Positions 30,772 to 41,924 of a DNA stretch of 64,000 nt are shown in pieces. Made by a program: the position numbers and the translations under genes. The stretch is taken from the IMG/VR virus record IMGVR_UViG_3300025647_000026, positions 13,879 to 77,878 of that record; one strand, given 5' to 3'. Source of the DNA: a virus. The notes under the pieces were generated by a model. That model ran no database searches. It had not been told where the DNA came from and saw nothing but the letters and a program-made list of their open reading frames with translations. Within the stretch, counting starts at the first letter, position 1; each line of letters begins with the position of its first letter.

Positions 30772-33270
30772 AGAGCAAATATAGGTATTCTAAAATCAAT
30801 TCCTAATTAAATCTTTTTAATTCGCCATATTTTTAATCATTGATTCAAACATAGCTTCTTTTTCAGTATCTGTCATTAGTATTTTCTCTTTGTAATCAAG
30901 TTTTACGGCTCTTGCTTCCTCGCATAACTTCCAAAGCTCTTTCTCGTTCCTACATATCTCTTTGCCGTATTTATCGAAAGCTTTCATGTCCTTATCTCCA
31001 TTTTTCTCGTACAAATACCAACCTATCCATTCGTTAGCATCTTCTCCATAGTAATGCTCTAGTAAAAGTGCTATTATAGCATTGTACTCCTCTGTAATGG
31101 TAGTTATGTTAATATATTTGTATAATACGTCAATAGTATCGTCTGTTTTCTTAATTTTGCTAAGAAGTTGTTTAAATATTGGTAGTTCCATTTTTTCTGT
31201 TTATTATTTCGCAATTTCTACTTTTTTTATTATAAAATACATTCTCCTTGTCTATAATCTTAACTTCACTTATTAAAATTTTACAAGGTTCATCTAAGTA
31301 CCAAATGTAATCAGGGTCTGTCTCTGAAATCATACCTACTTCGCAGTATTTCGGGTTAATTCCTTTTGGTTGGAAATATATTGGTGTCATTTTATTCTTG
31401 TGTAAAGTTTTCTTTAAAATAGTTATTACAGTCTTCTTCTGTGGCTATTGCTCCCTCATCGTAAGTTCCCTGTGCATAAGCGTTCTTTAAGTCCTGCTCT
31501 TCTATTAGAAGGAATCTCTGAAACTCTGTGTTTAAGTTATTACCTATAAAGTATTGGTTAGCCTTCATGTAGGTTATTAGCTGCGCTACTGCTGTTTTAG
31601 TCTTCATTCATTCTTATGTTTTCTGCTAATTCTAAAATATGATTGTCTATTTGGTCTTGATGAAATGTCATACCTATCAGCATTGCGTTTATTGCGTTGT
31701 ATATTTCTTCTAGTCCTGCCGCATCACTCATTGTAGCAACTTGCTTAATTCCATGTGCCTTGAATGATATTTTTAATTTTCCTTCTTCCATTATATTTTA
31801 TTTATTTTTCTTTTAAAAACTTCTATCCAAATATTTAACCAACCAATTTGGATGTCAACAAATGAATAATAATTTGAATATCCCATACCTTTAACTATTC
31901 TGAACATAATTCCAAAGTCTGTCCAATCCCATAATATATTTACTTTCATAGTTTATCGTAATTATTTTTATACAAATTTAAGGTTTCAATAAGTTCTTCA
32001 AAATCGTTAAAAGACCATCTTTCGGTTTTCATAATAAAGAAAGCACCTCCGCCTCCATCTTCTTCTGATTCTATACTCAGGAATTGACCTAAGTCTCCAC
32101 CTTCTACGCAATCGCTATCTTGAGTGATTGTTATAATAAGTTTTTTACTTAATATTTCTGCTTTTTCTGTTAGTTCTTCCATAATTCTTGTATTCTTTCT
32201 TTTAAACTTAATTTTATTACTACGAATTTGCCATCTTGCCTTCTTACTACCCTATCTTTGGCTAATATAAAGTTACATACTTTACATACATAGGCTTTAT
32301 TACAGCACCATTTAACCGGGCTTTTTGAGCTACCAAATAAGAATAATGGTAGCTTTAATTTGCAATTATAGCAGTCCCTCACGACATATCTCCTTCTACT
32401 TCTGGGTTAGTAGTGGTTGTTCTGTTACTTCCTGTTCCTTTTATCTCTATATGCATTTCGTACCATCTTTTGTTAGCTTCTACTAACTTATCTACTTCTT
32501 TTTGAGGAATATACCTGTCAGAAATCCTTTGCAAAGCTTCTATTTTATTCCTACTGTTTTGAGAAGCTATTTCTTCTAGTAAATGTTCCGTAGGTTTTAT
32601 GGCTTTCATTGGGTGTGGAATATCCTTTTCTAAGGGTGCTACTGCATCTACTAATTCCTTAGCTAAGTTAGTAGCAGCAACGTACTGATTAGTTCCTCCT
32701 AAGCCACTTTGACTAACGGATAATAGGCATGTTGGGCAGTAGTATGTAAATAAATACTGTCTGTATTCTTCTTGCGTGTTAAAATCGTTTTTACTTTTCA
32801 TTTTATTATTATTTAGTGCCATTTAAAAGGGTTGGTTATTTCCATTTCTTTCCACATTCCTACAAATCCAAACATTAAAATAGCTGTTATTATTATTATA
32901 GTTAATGCTACATAACTAAGCGGATTGTAAGGGTTGAATCTATATGCGTTAAAATATCCTTCACCTAATCTTTTTAAGCCTTCCTTATGTCTTTTTTCGT
33001 TTGATACTATTTGCAGAATTTGCAAGTACCCTAGTATTTTTCTTACCATGTTATATATTTTCTAAAATTTCTTGTACTTCACTGTAATGTAAATAAGCCC
33101 TGTCTGAGCCTGTATTTGAAAGCATTTTACTTACACATAACTTTGCGTGTAATACTGCTGTTGGGTATTCTATTCTACTATAATCACTTATTTTTTCCGA
33201 TGTTTGAGAGAATAATTCTATTAAATTATCTGCTTCTTCTTGTGGCGTGTTCATAGTTTTATTTAATTTA

Positions 33271-33343
33271 GTCGGAAGCAAGGAATTGAGCCTCATTTTC
33301 TACCTCTCATAGGTAGTGTAATTGCCATTATACGACATTCCGA
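33271..33343 (-). pseudogene. Degenerate tRNA (Gln-like scaffold)
   Basis: cggaatg-tc-gtataatggcaattac-a-ctacc-tatgaga-ggtag...gagg-ctcaatt-cctt; lacks U33, T-loop starts with C, acceptor 3' strand one nt short. Confidence 0.55.
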
Positions 33344-33390
33344 TATTTACACTTCCTCTATTCGTTGTATAGTGATAACCAACCCAAAGT

Positions 33391-33476
33391 CAGTCAGAAC
33401 ATGATTCGAACATGTAAAAATATAGGTAGTTAACACGCCTCAACCCTATAACGTATACCACTTCCGCCACCTGACT
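33391..33476 (-). ncRNA. tRNA-like RNA with non-canonical extended anticodon arm
   Basis: Acceptor agtcagg/tctgact, D arm ggcggaagtggtatacg, T arm acatg-ttcgaat-catgt; middle arm tatagg-gttga-ggcgtg-ttaac-ta-cctata. Confidence 0.7.
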
Positions 33477-33975
33477 AATTATTTATCTACTCACTACTAC
33501 TCCATTATGAGTTAGCGTTACCTGACAAGGATTTTCTTTATCTTCTATTTTTTTGTGTCTACGTCTTAAACCTTTACAGTATTGAGAATAAGTCCATTGG
33601 GTATCGTTCTTTATGTTATAATCTTGCCAACTAAATATCTTCCCTTTAGGTTTGTTATTATTCATATCGTAAGCTATATCCTCCATATTAAAATAATACT
33701 GTTCAATAAAACTTGCTATCCCACCTACTTCACTTGATACCCAGTAATCAAATTCGTAACCTTGTTTCTTTACAAATTCGTCTACATAAGCGTTGCAAAT
33801 ACGATTATATTCGTTATTTAAAGTGATTATAGTTTCTTTGCGTGTCATTATTTAATGTATTTCATATCACAAAAGTATTAATTTAATTCATAATAACTAA
33901 TTAAATCTTTTTAATTAACAAATTATGTTTTATATTCTAAATGTCATGTTTAACCTTATCTTCTTACTATAATAC

Positions 33976-34281
33976 CTATTTTTTACTTATCATATATTGA
34001 TGAAGGAAATTACCAAGTTTATCTACTAACTTCTCATCAAGCCAACTTTTACTATCAGCGTAGAATAACAGGCAATGCATCATCTCATGAAAAAACGTGC
34101 TATCAATAATTTCAGTTTTATAATCAACCCAAACCTTTTTACTCTTATATTTATTAGCAATTATTATCTTATTCTCGAAAGGTATAAACTGACCGTAACA
34201 CTTATTCTTATGGCAGTATTCGTTATCAATAATAATCTCAATCGTTTGTCCTAGAAGTTGGAAGGAAGAAGGTATAATCAT
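33976..34281 (-). CDS. HExxH metallopeptidase-like small protein
   Basis: TFFHEMMHC...E motif. Confidence 0.65.
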   Translation of the reverse strand: MIIPSSFQLLGQTIEIIIDNEYCHKNKCYGQFIPFENKIIIANKYKSKKVWVDYKTEIIDSTFFHEMMHCLLFYADSKSWLDEKLVDKLGNFLHQYMISKK

Positions 34282-34284
34282 AGG

Positions 34285-35499
34285 TTAAAAAATATAATCG
34301 TGATTACTAACTTGCCCGTTTAAATAATAGTTCCTAAAAGTAAAGCCACTCATACTGTTGTTAAAGTTGATTTTCACCCAATTTGATGGAGGAGCAAAGC
34401 TTGGAAAGTTATGGTACTGAAACTTTTTACTGCAAGATTTATCTATAAGTGATTGATGACTATCTCCTTTATCAAACTCTATAATAACATTTTTTTTGTA
34501 TAAGAAGTTCTCGTCAATAAAATGAGAAATAGTTTTTATAATTTTATCATTTATTTGCGGCTTAAGACCAAACTTCATTGTGCCGCCATCTTTCCCGTGA
34601 CACTCAATTATACAGAATTTATCCATAACCATATAGTAGTCCATAAACTTACGCTGTATGTTTACTGTAACCTTATTAGGGTATTTTATTTCAATGTAAG
34701 CTTTAAATGCTGAATTAACTATATAGGCAAATGAACCGCTATGGTTATCATCGGTAATATTATTACAAACAATCTTGTCGTAATAAGGAATTAGGCTGTC
34801 AATCATTTTAATCTTAAACCTTAATCCTACATCAAAAGCCATTTGGTTATCCATATTCTGCGGTAAATGGTGTTCTCTACGAATTGTCATGCCGTCCCAA
34901 CCGTCCATATAATCCCCTAAATCACTGATATACAACGTATTAAACTTTTTATGTTCTAATATCCATTTAAGGGATATTGCTAACCTATTATTTAACTCTT
35001 CCTCATCCCACTTGCCTTCGTACAATGCAAAGCCATCTTTATCTACACACATTCCAACGTGAACGTCTGTGTAAATAAATCTATCAAAGCCATCCATTTT
35101 AGTTGGAGTAGATGCTAGGCTAATAGGTTCTATTTTATCCTTAAATATTGATAGAAAGTCTATTTCTTTAGGTTCTGTTTCGCCTTCTTCTATAAAATTA
35201 GGATTCTTAATAAACAAACTAGCGGTTTTATTTTTAAGCCACATGTGTTTAACGTTCCCAAAATCTACGTTCAATTCTTCCGTTGCATCGTAAATGCCTT
35301 CGTGGTCGTCTAGTATTCTTCGTTTATTTCTAAGAATATACTTTCTAAACTCTCTTAATTCACTATTTTCAAGTGTAAGTTTTAGTTTTTGACAAACCTG
35401 TCTTGCAATTTCGGTGTCTGATTCTAAATTCTTTTCAATAATAATTTCTTTTATTGCCTCCTCATAAATCGCCCACCTAGATTTTTTGTTATTCGCCAT
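34285..35499 (-). CDS. Calcineurin-like metallophosphoesterase
   Basis: TDVHVG, LGDYMDG, DNH, HG, GDSH motifs. Confidence 0.8.
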   Translation of the reverse strand: MANNKKSRWAIYEEAIKEIIIEKNLESDTEIARQVCQKLKLTLENSELREFRKYILRNKRRILDDHEGIYDATEELNVDFGNVKHMWLKNKTASLFIKNPNFIEEGETEPKEIDFLSIFKDKIEPISLASTPTKMDGFDRFIYTDVHVGMCVDKDGFALYEGKWDEEELNNRLAISLKWILEHKKFNTLYISDLGDYMDGWDGMTIRREHHLPQNMDNQMAFDVGLRFKIKMIDSLIPYYDKIVCNNITDDNHSGSFAYIVNSAFKAYIEIKYPNKVTVNIQRKFMDYYMVMDKFCIIECHGKDGGTMKFGLKPQINDKIIKTISHFIDENFLYKKNVIIEFDKGDSHQSLIDKSCSKKFQYHNFPSFAPPSNWVKINFNNSMSGFTFRNYYLNGQVSNHDYIF

Positions 35500-35501
35500 G
35501 T

Positions 35502-35873
35502 TTATTTGTTTTTTACTATTTCTATTAATTTTTTAAGACATTCAAGTTCTGCTTCTTCGTAGGTTTTAAAATCTGTTTCAAATTCTGATATTGATTGGCT
35601 GTGGTTTATTATTTGATAATCACAATTAACATCATTTTCCAATGAATTATCTAATCCTATTGAATGATATAATCCATACTTCTCTCTAAACCATCTAAAT
35701 GCTTGTTGGTATAGTGGTGCTGAACATTCTTGGTCAGCATGTGTATATCCATCAGTTCTTGTTTTTTCTTGGATTAGCCAGTTTTTAGATTTCCAATATC
35801 CAAAACAAAGTTCGTCAAATCCTAATTCTTTAAGAGCTAATGCCTGTTCATAGCTAACAAATTCTTTATTCAT
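35502..35873 (-). CDS. Conserved phage hypothetical protein
   Basis: EFVSYEQALALKELGFDE...APLYQQAFRWFREK pattern familiar from Bacteroidota phages. Confidence 0.65.
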   Translation of the reverse strand: MNKEFVSYEQALALKELGFDELCFGYWKSKNWLIQEKTRTDGYTHADQECSAPLYQQAFRWFREKYGLYHSIGLDNSLENDVNCDYQIINHSQSISEFETDFKTYEEAELECLKKLIEIVKNK

Positions 35874-36270
35874 TATTTTTATTTTATACTATTTGGATTA
35901 ATTTAACAACCAAATTCTTTTTTTAATTTTTCAAACTCCGCAAATCTTTTTATTTTTTCCTCTTGTTTATATCGTTCATTATTTTCCTTTTGGCGTTTTT
36001 CTTGCTCTTGTCTTTCTACCTCTTCTTTATCTTTACGTATTTTAATTAGCTCGTCTAAATCGGTAGTTAAATCTTCCGCAGTAACTATTTCACTTCTATA
36101 ATCGATTCCTCCATATGAGGTACTCCACGATTCGTTACAATAAAAATCACCGTTACTAGTTAATTCAATTGAGTCTGGCGTACTATTGGTTTTGGCCAAA
36201 TAAATTTGTTCTACTCTGTTATAGATTGTTTCTAATAATTTTGTTGTTATTTCCATATTATTTGTTTTTA

Positions 36271-36810
36271 TTAAAAATTATTTATTGATTCAATTTTTGC
36301 AGTATCTAAAAAACCACCCATCAATTGTCTTTGTTGTAAATCGGTATTTAGTTTCATGTTTATTTGGTTTAAAAAACTTTCCATTTCTGGCATTGGAGGC
36401 AAATAACCACGACTACAATTAGCATATAATTGGTTTATAAAACCTCGCTTTAAATCGGATTCATACTGGTGTCCAGTTCTCATGTAATAGTAAGCAGCTC
36501 TAACAGTTTGACTTCTATTAACTCCCGCATGGCAATGCAAATAAACCCTGCTATTACTTTTTTCAGCTGCAAATAAAACTACCATCGCTCCATAAATTGA
36601 ATTTAAGCCAATATCTCTTTTACATTCGTTCATTGGAAACCAAAATGACTTTATATTATTGGCAATTAGTAATAAATGATGACTTGTGTAGTATTCGTCA
36701 GAAACGTTAATTACATAGTCAAATTCATTTACATCAAACCTTCTATTATCTTCGTGAGGGAATCCTCCAACTATTAAATTTTTTTCAAACCATTCTTTAA
36801 ATTTTGACAT
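36271..36810 (-). CDS. Dual-specificity/PTP-family phosphatase
   Basis: VYLHCHAGVNRS catalytic CX5R loop. Confidence 0.85.
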   Translation of the reverse strand: MSKFKEWFEKNLIVGGFPHEDNRRFDVNEFDYVINVSDEYYTSHHLLLIANNIKSFWFPMNECKRDIGLNSIYGAMVVLFAAEKSNSRVYLHCHAGVNRSQTVRAAYYYMRTGHQYESDLKRGFINQLYANCSRGYLPPMPEMESFLNQINMKLNTDLQQRQLMGGFLDTAKIESINNF

Positions 36811-36811
36811 A

Positions 36812-37024
36812 TTATTTGTTTTTCAGATTATCAATTTCTCGTTGTAAGTAAAATAAAGCTTTTTCTAAGTCTTCAAGTTTATCGCCTTTCTTGCCTGCTC
36901 TAAGCACATATTTTGTACAATTACCTAGCATAAAGTTTAAGTCGTAATGTTCTATTATCTTAATAGGTTCAAAAGGGTTATCTTCCCCTCCGTAATGTAC
37001 TGGGTGATTGACTTTGTTTTCCAT
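36812..37024 (-). CDS. DUF3310 (SaV-like) protein
   Basis: VNHPVHY...LGNCTKYVLRAGKKG...EDLEKALFYL. Confidence 0.85.
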   Translation of the reverse strand: MENKVNHPVHYGGEDNPFEPIKIIEHYDLNFMLGNCTKYVLRAGKKGDKLEDLEKALFYLQREIDNLKNK

Positions 37025-37355
37025 TTATTTAATTCCAAATAGGTTTTTAATATTGTTTAGCATATCGTCTGATGAGAAATCAGGCTCTGTAATATCTTCT
37101 ATGCTAATGAAATTTAGCCTGTCATTTATTTGACGTTTAGCATCTTCAATGCTATATGCTCTTACTTTTGTACTCATTTTCCTTCCGTAAAATTCAAAGC
37201 GCAATATGTAATCTTTCATTATACAAAAGTAGTGATATTTAGCTAAATAACAAGTTAAATTAATTTAATACAATTATACTATTAGGTATTATACCTTTGT
37301 GGTATGGAAATAATAATTGACAATACCTTGTTTACTGTAACCAAAAAGAAGAATT

Positions 37356-37573
37356 ATGGAAGCCACTTTAAAATTTAACCTGCCGAAGAAGCAACAGAAC
37401 ACCTTCGTTGCGTAAAAGCTGATAGTATATATATGTGCTTATGGGAATTTGACCAATATTTAAGGGAGCAAATTAAGTACCACGAGAAGAATGAACTGCA
37501 AGTTGTGAGGGATAGGCTGTCGGAAATAATGTTCGAGAATGGCGTTGGGTTTAATGAGTTGGCGGTGGGATAG
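37356..37573 (+). pseudogene. Small phage gene broken by 1-nt deletion (or sequencing error)
   Basis: MEATLKFNLP then shifted frame EEATEHLRCVKADSIYMCLWEFDQYLREQIKY...; 218 nt. Confidence 0.6.
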
Positions 37574-37671
37574 TAAAAACATTATGTTAAGTAGAAAAAT
37601 AAATAAAATAAAACTTGCACATATAACAACCGTTTAATATATTTGCACTCGTACTAAACGTATTTATTTAA

Positions 37672-38415
37672 ATGGAACATTCAATAATAACAAATCAAGA
37701 ACTAGGACACGCTTACTTTTATTGGGAAAGCAAACACGGAAGATTATTTTTAGCAAAGCAAATTATGTTTGAACTTGGCTATAAAGGAGTGGGAGATACT
37801 TTAAGAAGTTATGAATTAATAGATGGGCATGATTTCATAAAATTCACTAAGAAAAACGACCCTTTTCTGTTTAAAGAACTGTTTGATTTGAAATCAATCG
37901 GTCAAAGAGCTTCTGAGATAATTATGCTAACAGAAAGTGGTTTTTGGAAGTTATTAATGCAAAGCAGAAAATCTGTTGGTGTAAAAACAAGACATTGGTT
38001 AGCAAGTGAGGTTTTGCCATCTATAAGAAAAACGGGAGTTTATTCAATAGCGAATAATAGCCCATTAGCTATATTTACAGAAAGAGGAAAGCAACTAGAA
38101 CTAAGTAAGGCAGTAAACGCTCAAATAGGAAAAACAACAGAGGAGTATTCTAAGTTTTGGAACGACTTACATAAAATGGTTGTAGGGTTAGATGCGAAAG
38201 GAATTAAGAACTTATATCAAAGTAAAACATCTGCAAAAGAAGTTCTTAGGAAACATTTGCCGCATTTAGAAGCAACGGAAGCTGTTATAGAGGATATTTG
38301 GAAACAAGGAGTTGGATTAGAAAAAATAAAAGATTCTAATTTACATAAATCTTTAGCACACTCTTTTAACGCTATATTATCATTAGGAATTGATTTAAAA
38401 AATTTAGGTAAATAA
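37672..38415 (+). CDS. BRO-N domain antirepressor-like protein
   Basis: LTESGFWKL...WLASEVLPSIRKTGVY; C-terminal SAKEVLR domain shared with 19343..20095. Confidence 0.85.
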   Translation: MEHSIITNQELGHAYFYWESKHGRLFLAKQIMFELGYKGVGDTLRSYELIDGHDFIKFTKKNDPFLFKELFDLKSIGQRASEIIMLTESGFWKLLMQSRKSVGVKTRHWLASEVLPSIRKTGVYSIANNSPLAIFTERGKQLELSKAVNAQIGKTTEEYSKFWNDLHKMVVGLDAKGIKNLYQSKTSAKEVLRKHLPHLEATEAVIEDIWKQGVGLEKIKDSNLHKSLAHSFNAILSLGIDLKNLGK

Positions 38416-38417
38416 TT

Positions 38418-39251
38418 ATGGCTATATTTAGAAAAATACATACGTCATTTTGGAGCGACACATTTGTTTCTGAATTAACAGAAAAGGAAAAGCTGTTTTA
38501 TTTATACATTTTAACCAATGAAAGAACTACCCAATTAGGAGTATATGAAATAAGTAAAAAACAAATTTGCTTTGACTTATCATACAGTATCGATTTAGTA
38601 TCTATGCTAATAAAAAAGTTCGAAAAATGGAATAAAATCAAGTACAATAATACCACTAATGAAATTTCTGTGAAAAATTGGGATAAGTATAATTTAAACC
38701 CATCATCAAAGGTTCAAGTACTTGTAAACAAAGAGATTGCTAAAGTAAAAGACAAAGCCTTGATACAGTATAAATACAGTAGCGATACAGTATCAATACA
38801 TAATCCACAAGAAGAAGAAGAAGAAGAAGAAGAAACTAAGGAGAAGGAGATAGGCGGTTCTATCGAACCTGCCCTCCCACCTCTAACTTTAGAATTAGAA
38901 GCTACTACCCTACCCGCACCACCAAGAGAGGAATCGGAACATAAACTGATAATTCACATTAAATCTAATTACCCAACGGTAGCGAGGTTGGCGCAAATGA
39001 CGAATAAGCAAGCAGAAGAGTTGGTTGCTACCTACAAAAGAGAATCTATTTCTAAAAAACTAGGGGCTATGGAAAACAAAAAATCACTATTAAAGGACTA
39101 TAAATCATGCTTTTTAACCCTTAAAAATTGGTTGGATATGGATGATAATTCAAGATTAGTAAAACAGATTACTACTGGTGAAACCGAATCAGAAAAAAGA
39201 GCAAGGGAAATTAAAGAGCGAGAGGACTCTTGGAAAAAAAGGAATATATGA
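38418..39251 (+). CDS. Replication initiator (replisome organiser-type)
   Basis: FRKIHTSFWSD...KLFYLYILTN...GVYEIS N-terminal wHTH; internal iterons; ATGA-coupled to helicase. Confidence 0.8.
   Translation: MAIFRKIHTSFWSDTFVSELTEKEKLFYLYILTNERTTQLGVYEISKKQICFDLSYSIDLVSMLIKKFEKWNKIKYNNTTNEISVKNWDKYNLNPSSKVQVLVNKEIAKVKDKALIQYKYSSDTVSIHNPQEEEEEEEETKEKEIGGSIEPALPPLTLELEATTLPAPPREESEHKLIIHIKSNYPTVARLAQMTNKQAEELVATYKRESISKKLGAMENKKSLLKDYKSCFLTLKNWLDMDDNSRLVKQITTGETESEKRAREIKEREDSWKKRNI
38763..38800 (+). repeat. Iteron-like repeats, probable replication origin
   Basis: atacagta at 38763, 38774, 38785 and ataca at 38796 (11-bp period); another at 38582. Confidence 0.7.
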
Positions 39252-40207
39252 ACGCAACAGTAATTAACTATAACGAAAAAAACAACGAGTTTTTAAATTA
39301 CCACGAAACGGGCGGGGCGGGATTAAATTATACGGGTTTTGAAAGCCTAGTAGGTACATTCCAATTCGCTCACGATGGGGTTACAGACCTTACGGGGGCG
39401 GGTGGCTCGGGCAAAACTGAGTTCGCATTAGAGCTTTTATTTTACCAATCCGAGAAGTTTGGATTTAGGCATTTGCTTTACGTCCCTGATATTGGAAGTT
39501 ATAAAGAAATTCGCAGAAAACTAATGGTTAAACATTATAAAAAATCTTTTAGGGGATATTCTAATTCAATACAACAACACGAATTAATATCTGCATCAGC
39601 TTGGATTGACCACCATTTTTTAATAATTGGCAAAAAAGATTTCAAAAAACCACTTACCCCTCAAATGATTTGGGAATTTGCTTCTGAATATAAAGATGAT
39701 AGTGGAAGTATTCAAACATGTTTTATTGATTCTTGGAAAAATCTTTATCACCCAATTAGGGATTATGGTAGAGAAGACCAATATAACGATTATGTTTTAA
39801 GTTTTAGAAATGAATTAGCAGAAGCATCTTGTAAACATTTTATGACTATTGCTCATGCTATTAAAACAGAAAGAGAAAAAACAGGAGAAGATGATAAAAG
39901 CAAAAGAAGAATCCCTGATGCTGATGATATTAAGGGTGGTGGTTGGCTCGCAAATGGCAAAACAATTATAACAATTGACCGACCAAATAAAGAATACGAG
40001 GATTTTGATGTGTACTTTAGTAAAGTTAAGCCAGACACAATCGGTACTGCAAAACCTATAATAGGTAAATTTGGGTTTAATTGGCGAAGAAGCAGAACTT
40101 ACGAAACAATTGAAGGGCAAATGTATTATGCAGGAGAAGCTCAAAATAGAGAGCAAAAAGAAACAGGTTTTAGATTTGAACTAAACGAAGATAAATTAGA
40201 TTTTTAA
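39248..40207 (+). CDS. DnaB/SF4-like replicative helicase
   Basis: Walker A GAGGSGKT, Walker B FIDS, IAH, DIKGG, SKVK motifs. Confidence 0.8.
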   Translation: MNATVINYNEKNNEFLNYHETGGAGLNYTGFESLVGTFQFAHDGVTDLTGAGGSGKTEFALELLFYQSEKFGFRHLLYVPDIGSYKEIRRKLMVKHYKKSFRGYSNSIQQHELISASAWIDHHFLIIGKKDFKKPLTPQMIWEFASEYKDDSGSIQTCFIDSWKNLYHPIRDYGREDQYNDYVLSFRNELAEASCKHFMTIAHAIKTEREKTGEDDKSKRRIPDADDIKGGGWLANGKTIITIDRPNKEYEDFDVYFSKVKPDTIGTAKPIIGKFGFNWRRSRTYETIEGQMYYAGEAQNREQKETGFRFELNEDKLDF

Positions 40208-41862
40208 TGATGGACGAGGAATTAAAAGCATTTTTTGCGAAAGATGCTGAGATAAACAAAATAAGAACCGAAGACTACAAGAAACTTCGTAAAATCATGG
40301 ACGAATATTGTGGATTTACAAATTTATCTACACAATCAGAACCTTGTTGGGTTAATTTATGGGCTATTTCTTTGTTTATAGAGAACTTTGAAGACAAAGC
40401 TATACTAGCGGAAGGAAAGTCAAAAGATAATGCCTTAAAACACCTTAAAACGCTTTATGAAATTCAACAACAATATGGCAAATTTTATTTCGAGTCAATA
40501 ATCTACCGAGAAAAGGTAACTACACTTGAAAAAAATCAATTTAGGTTTATTGAAAAAATAAAAGAACTTCAAAAGGAAAATGCAACACTAAAACAACAAT
40601 TAAACTTTTAAACCAAACAAAAATCATGAAAAATAAAGTAAAAAGAGAAGCACCAATTACAAAACTAGAAATTAGTAAGTTAAGTGCAGAAGAAAAAGAA
40701 AAAATGCTAATGAACGTAAGAGTAGCTTTAGTAGGCTTCCATGCCACCTTAAAGGCATCAAAACATTTAGCGGATTTTATTGAGTATCATAGGTTTATGC
40801 TTAATCCTAAAACAGTAAAGCTAATTAAAGATGCTTTTATTGAACAAGATTACTTGTGTACAATTTTAGACAAGGCATTTGACGAAAGTAAAGACTTAGA
40901 CGCTCAGCACAAAGAAAATCAACAAGAAGCTAGCTATGAAATACTAGAATCTATTGAAGAAAAGTGTAAAGAGTACCTTCAAAATGAGATGGGATTTAGA
41001 ATTGTAAAGGAGGTAATTGGATAATGAAAAGCAGCGTAGAACAAAATAATATATATTTACTAGATAAATTAGTAAAAGTAACTATCTGTGATGCAGAAGT
41101 TGAGCGATTATATTGCTCAAAGAAAGAAATAAAGATTTTTGGAATAGTTTTTCGAAAAGAAGGCGTGTATTGGCGTTATCTTTCTCATAATTTTATTAGC
41201 GAAGGTGCGCCCGAAAACTGTTTTATTGACGGTGAAAATATTTATTACAATCCAAGAGTTAAGTTAGATTTTGGCAATAGAGTTACTGCTACGATGTATT
41301 TTGAAAGCATTGTAGCCTGTCATAATTATGTAGCTTTTATTACAAAAGGTAAAAATATAGTTACGACCATATAAAAAAAACAAAGAATTGTGGCGGATAA
41401 ATGCTAATTTAGCTGCCACAATTCTTAAATAAAACAACAAAAACATGAACATTAGACACATAATAATAAAAACCTACGACAACAAGTACGAATATTTCCT
41501 TGAAAAAGAAGAATTTAACTACGAATTTCGAGAAGAAACTAACGGAAAAGTAACCCACAAGGAATATAGAAGCAGTAATGCTGAAGCAATAGAACTCTTT
41601 GACGAATATATTCTAGCAGTAAAAGGAGCATTAGTAAGCATGGAAGTAAACTTCAAACAAACTGATTAGTAGTATGAAAATAACAATTCACCAACAAGGG
41701 AACTACGAAACAAGCGATGGATACGACCTAACTATAACAGAAATATGGTACGGAAAAGACGAAAGAATAGACTTTGAAGTACGAGGAAAGCTATATTCCA
41801 GAACCAGAGAACAGTTTGAACAAGCTTTAAGAGATAAGAAAATAGTAAAAATACCGAATTAA
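40207..41862 (+). other. Five hypothetical genes downstream of helicase
   Basis: Coupled ORFs; hairpin 41382-41426. Confidence 0.6.
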
Positions 41863-41924
41863 TAAAATTTAATTAGTTATTCTACTTTGCATTTTTAACT
41901 TTGTGAAACCAAAACGAACAAATT

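Larger units (their letters stand above)
30817..33848 (-). other. Operon of ~11 small hypothetical genes with two tRNA-like elements
   Basis: Overlapping minus-strand ORFs; promoter 33870-33905. Confidence 0.7.

Noticed and set aside
11480-37573. Apparent programmed frameshifts (~11572 G-run, ~12680 T-run, 29840 A-run, ~37384 C-run)
   Set aside because: Single-base indels in short homopolymers in unrelated genes, in both directions and without stimulatory structures; most consistent with assembly error.
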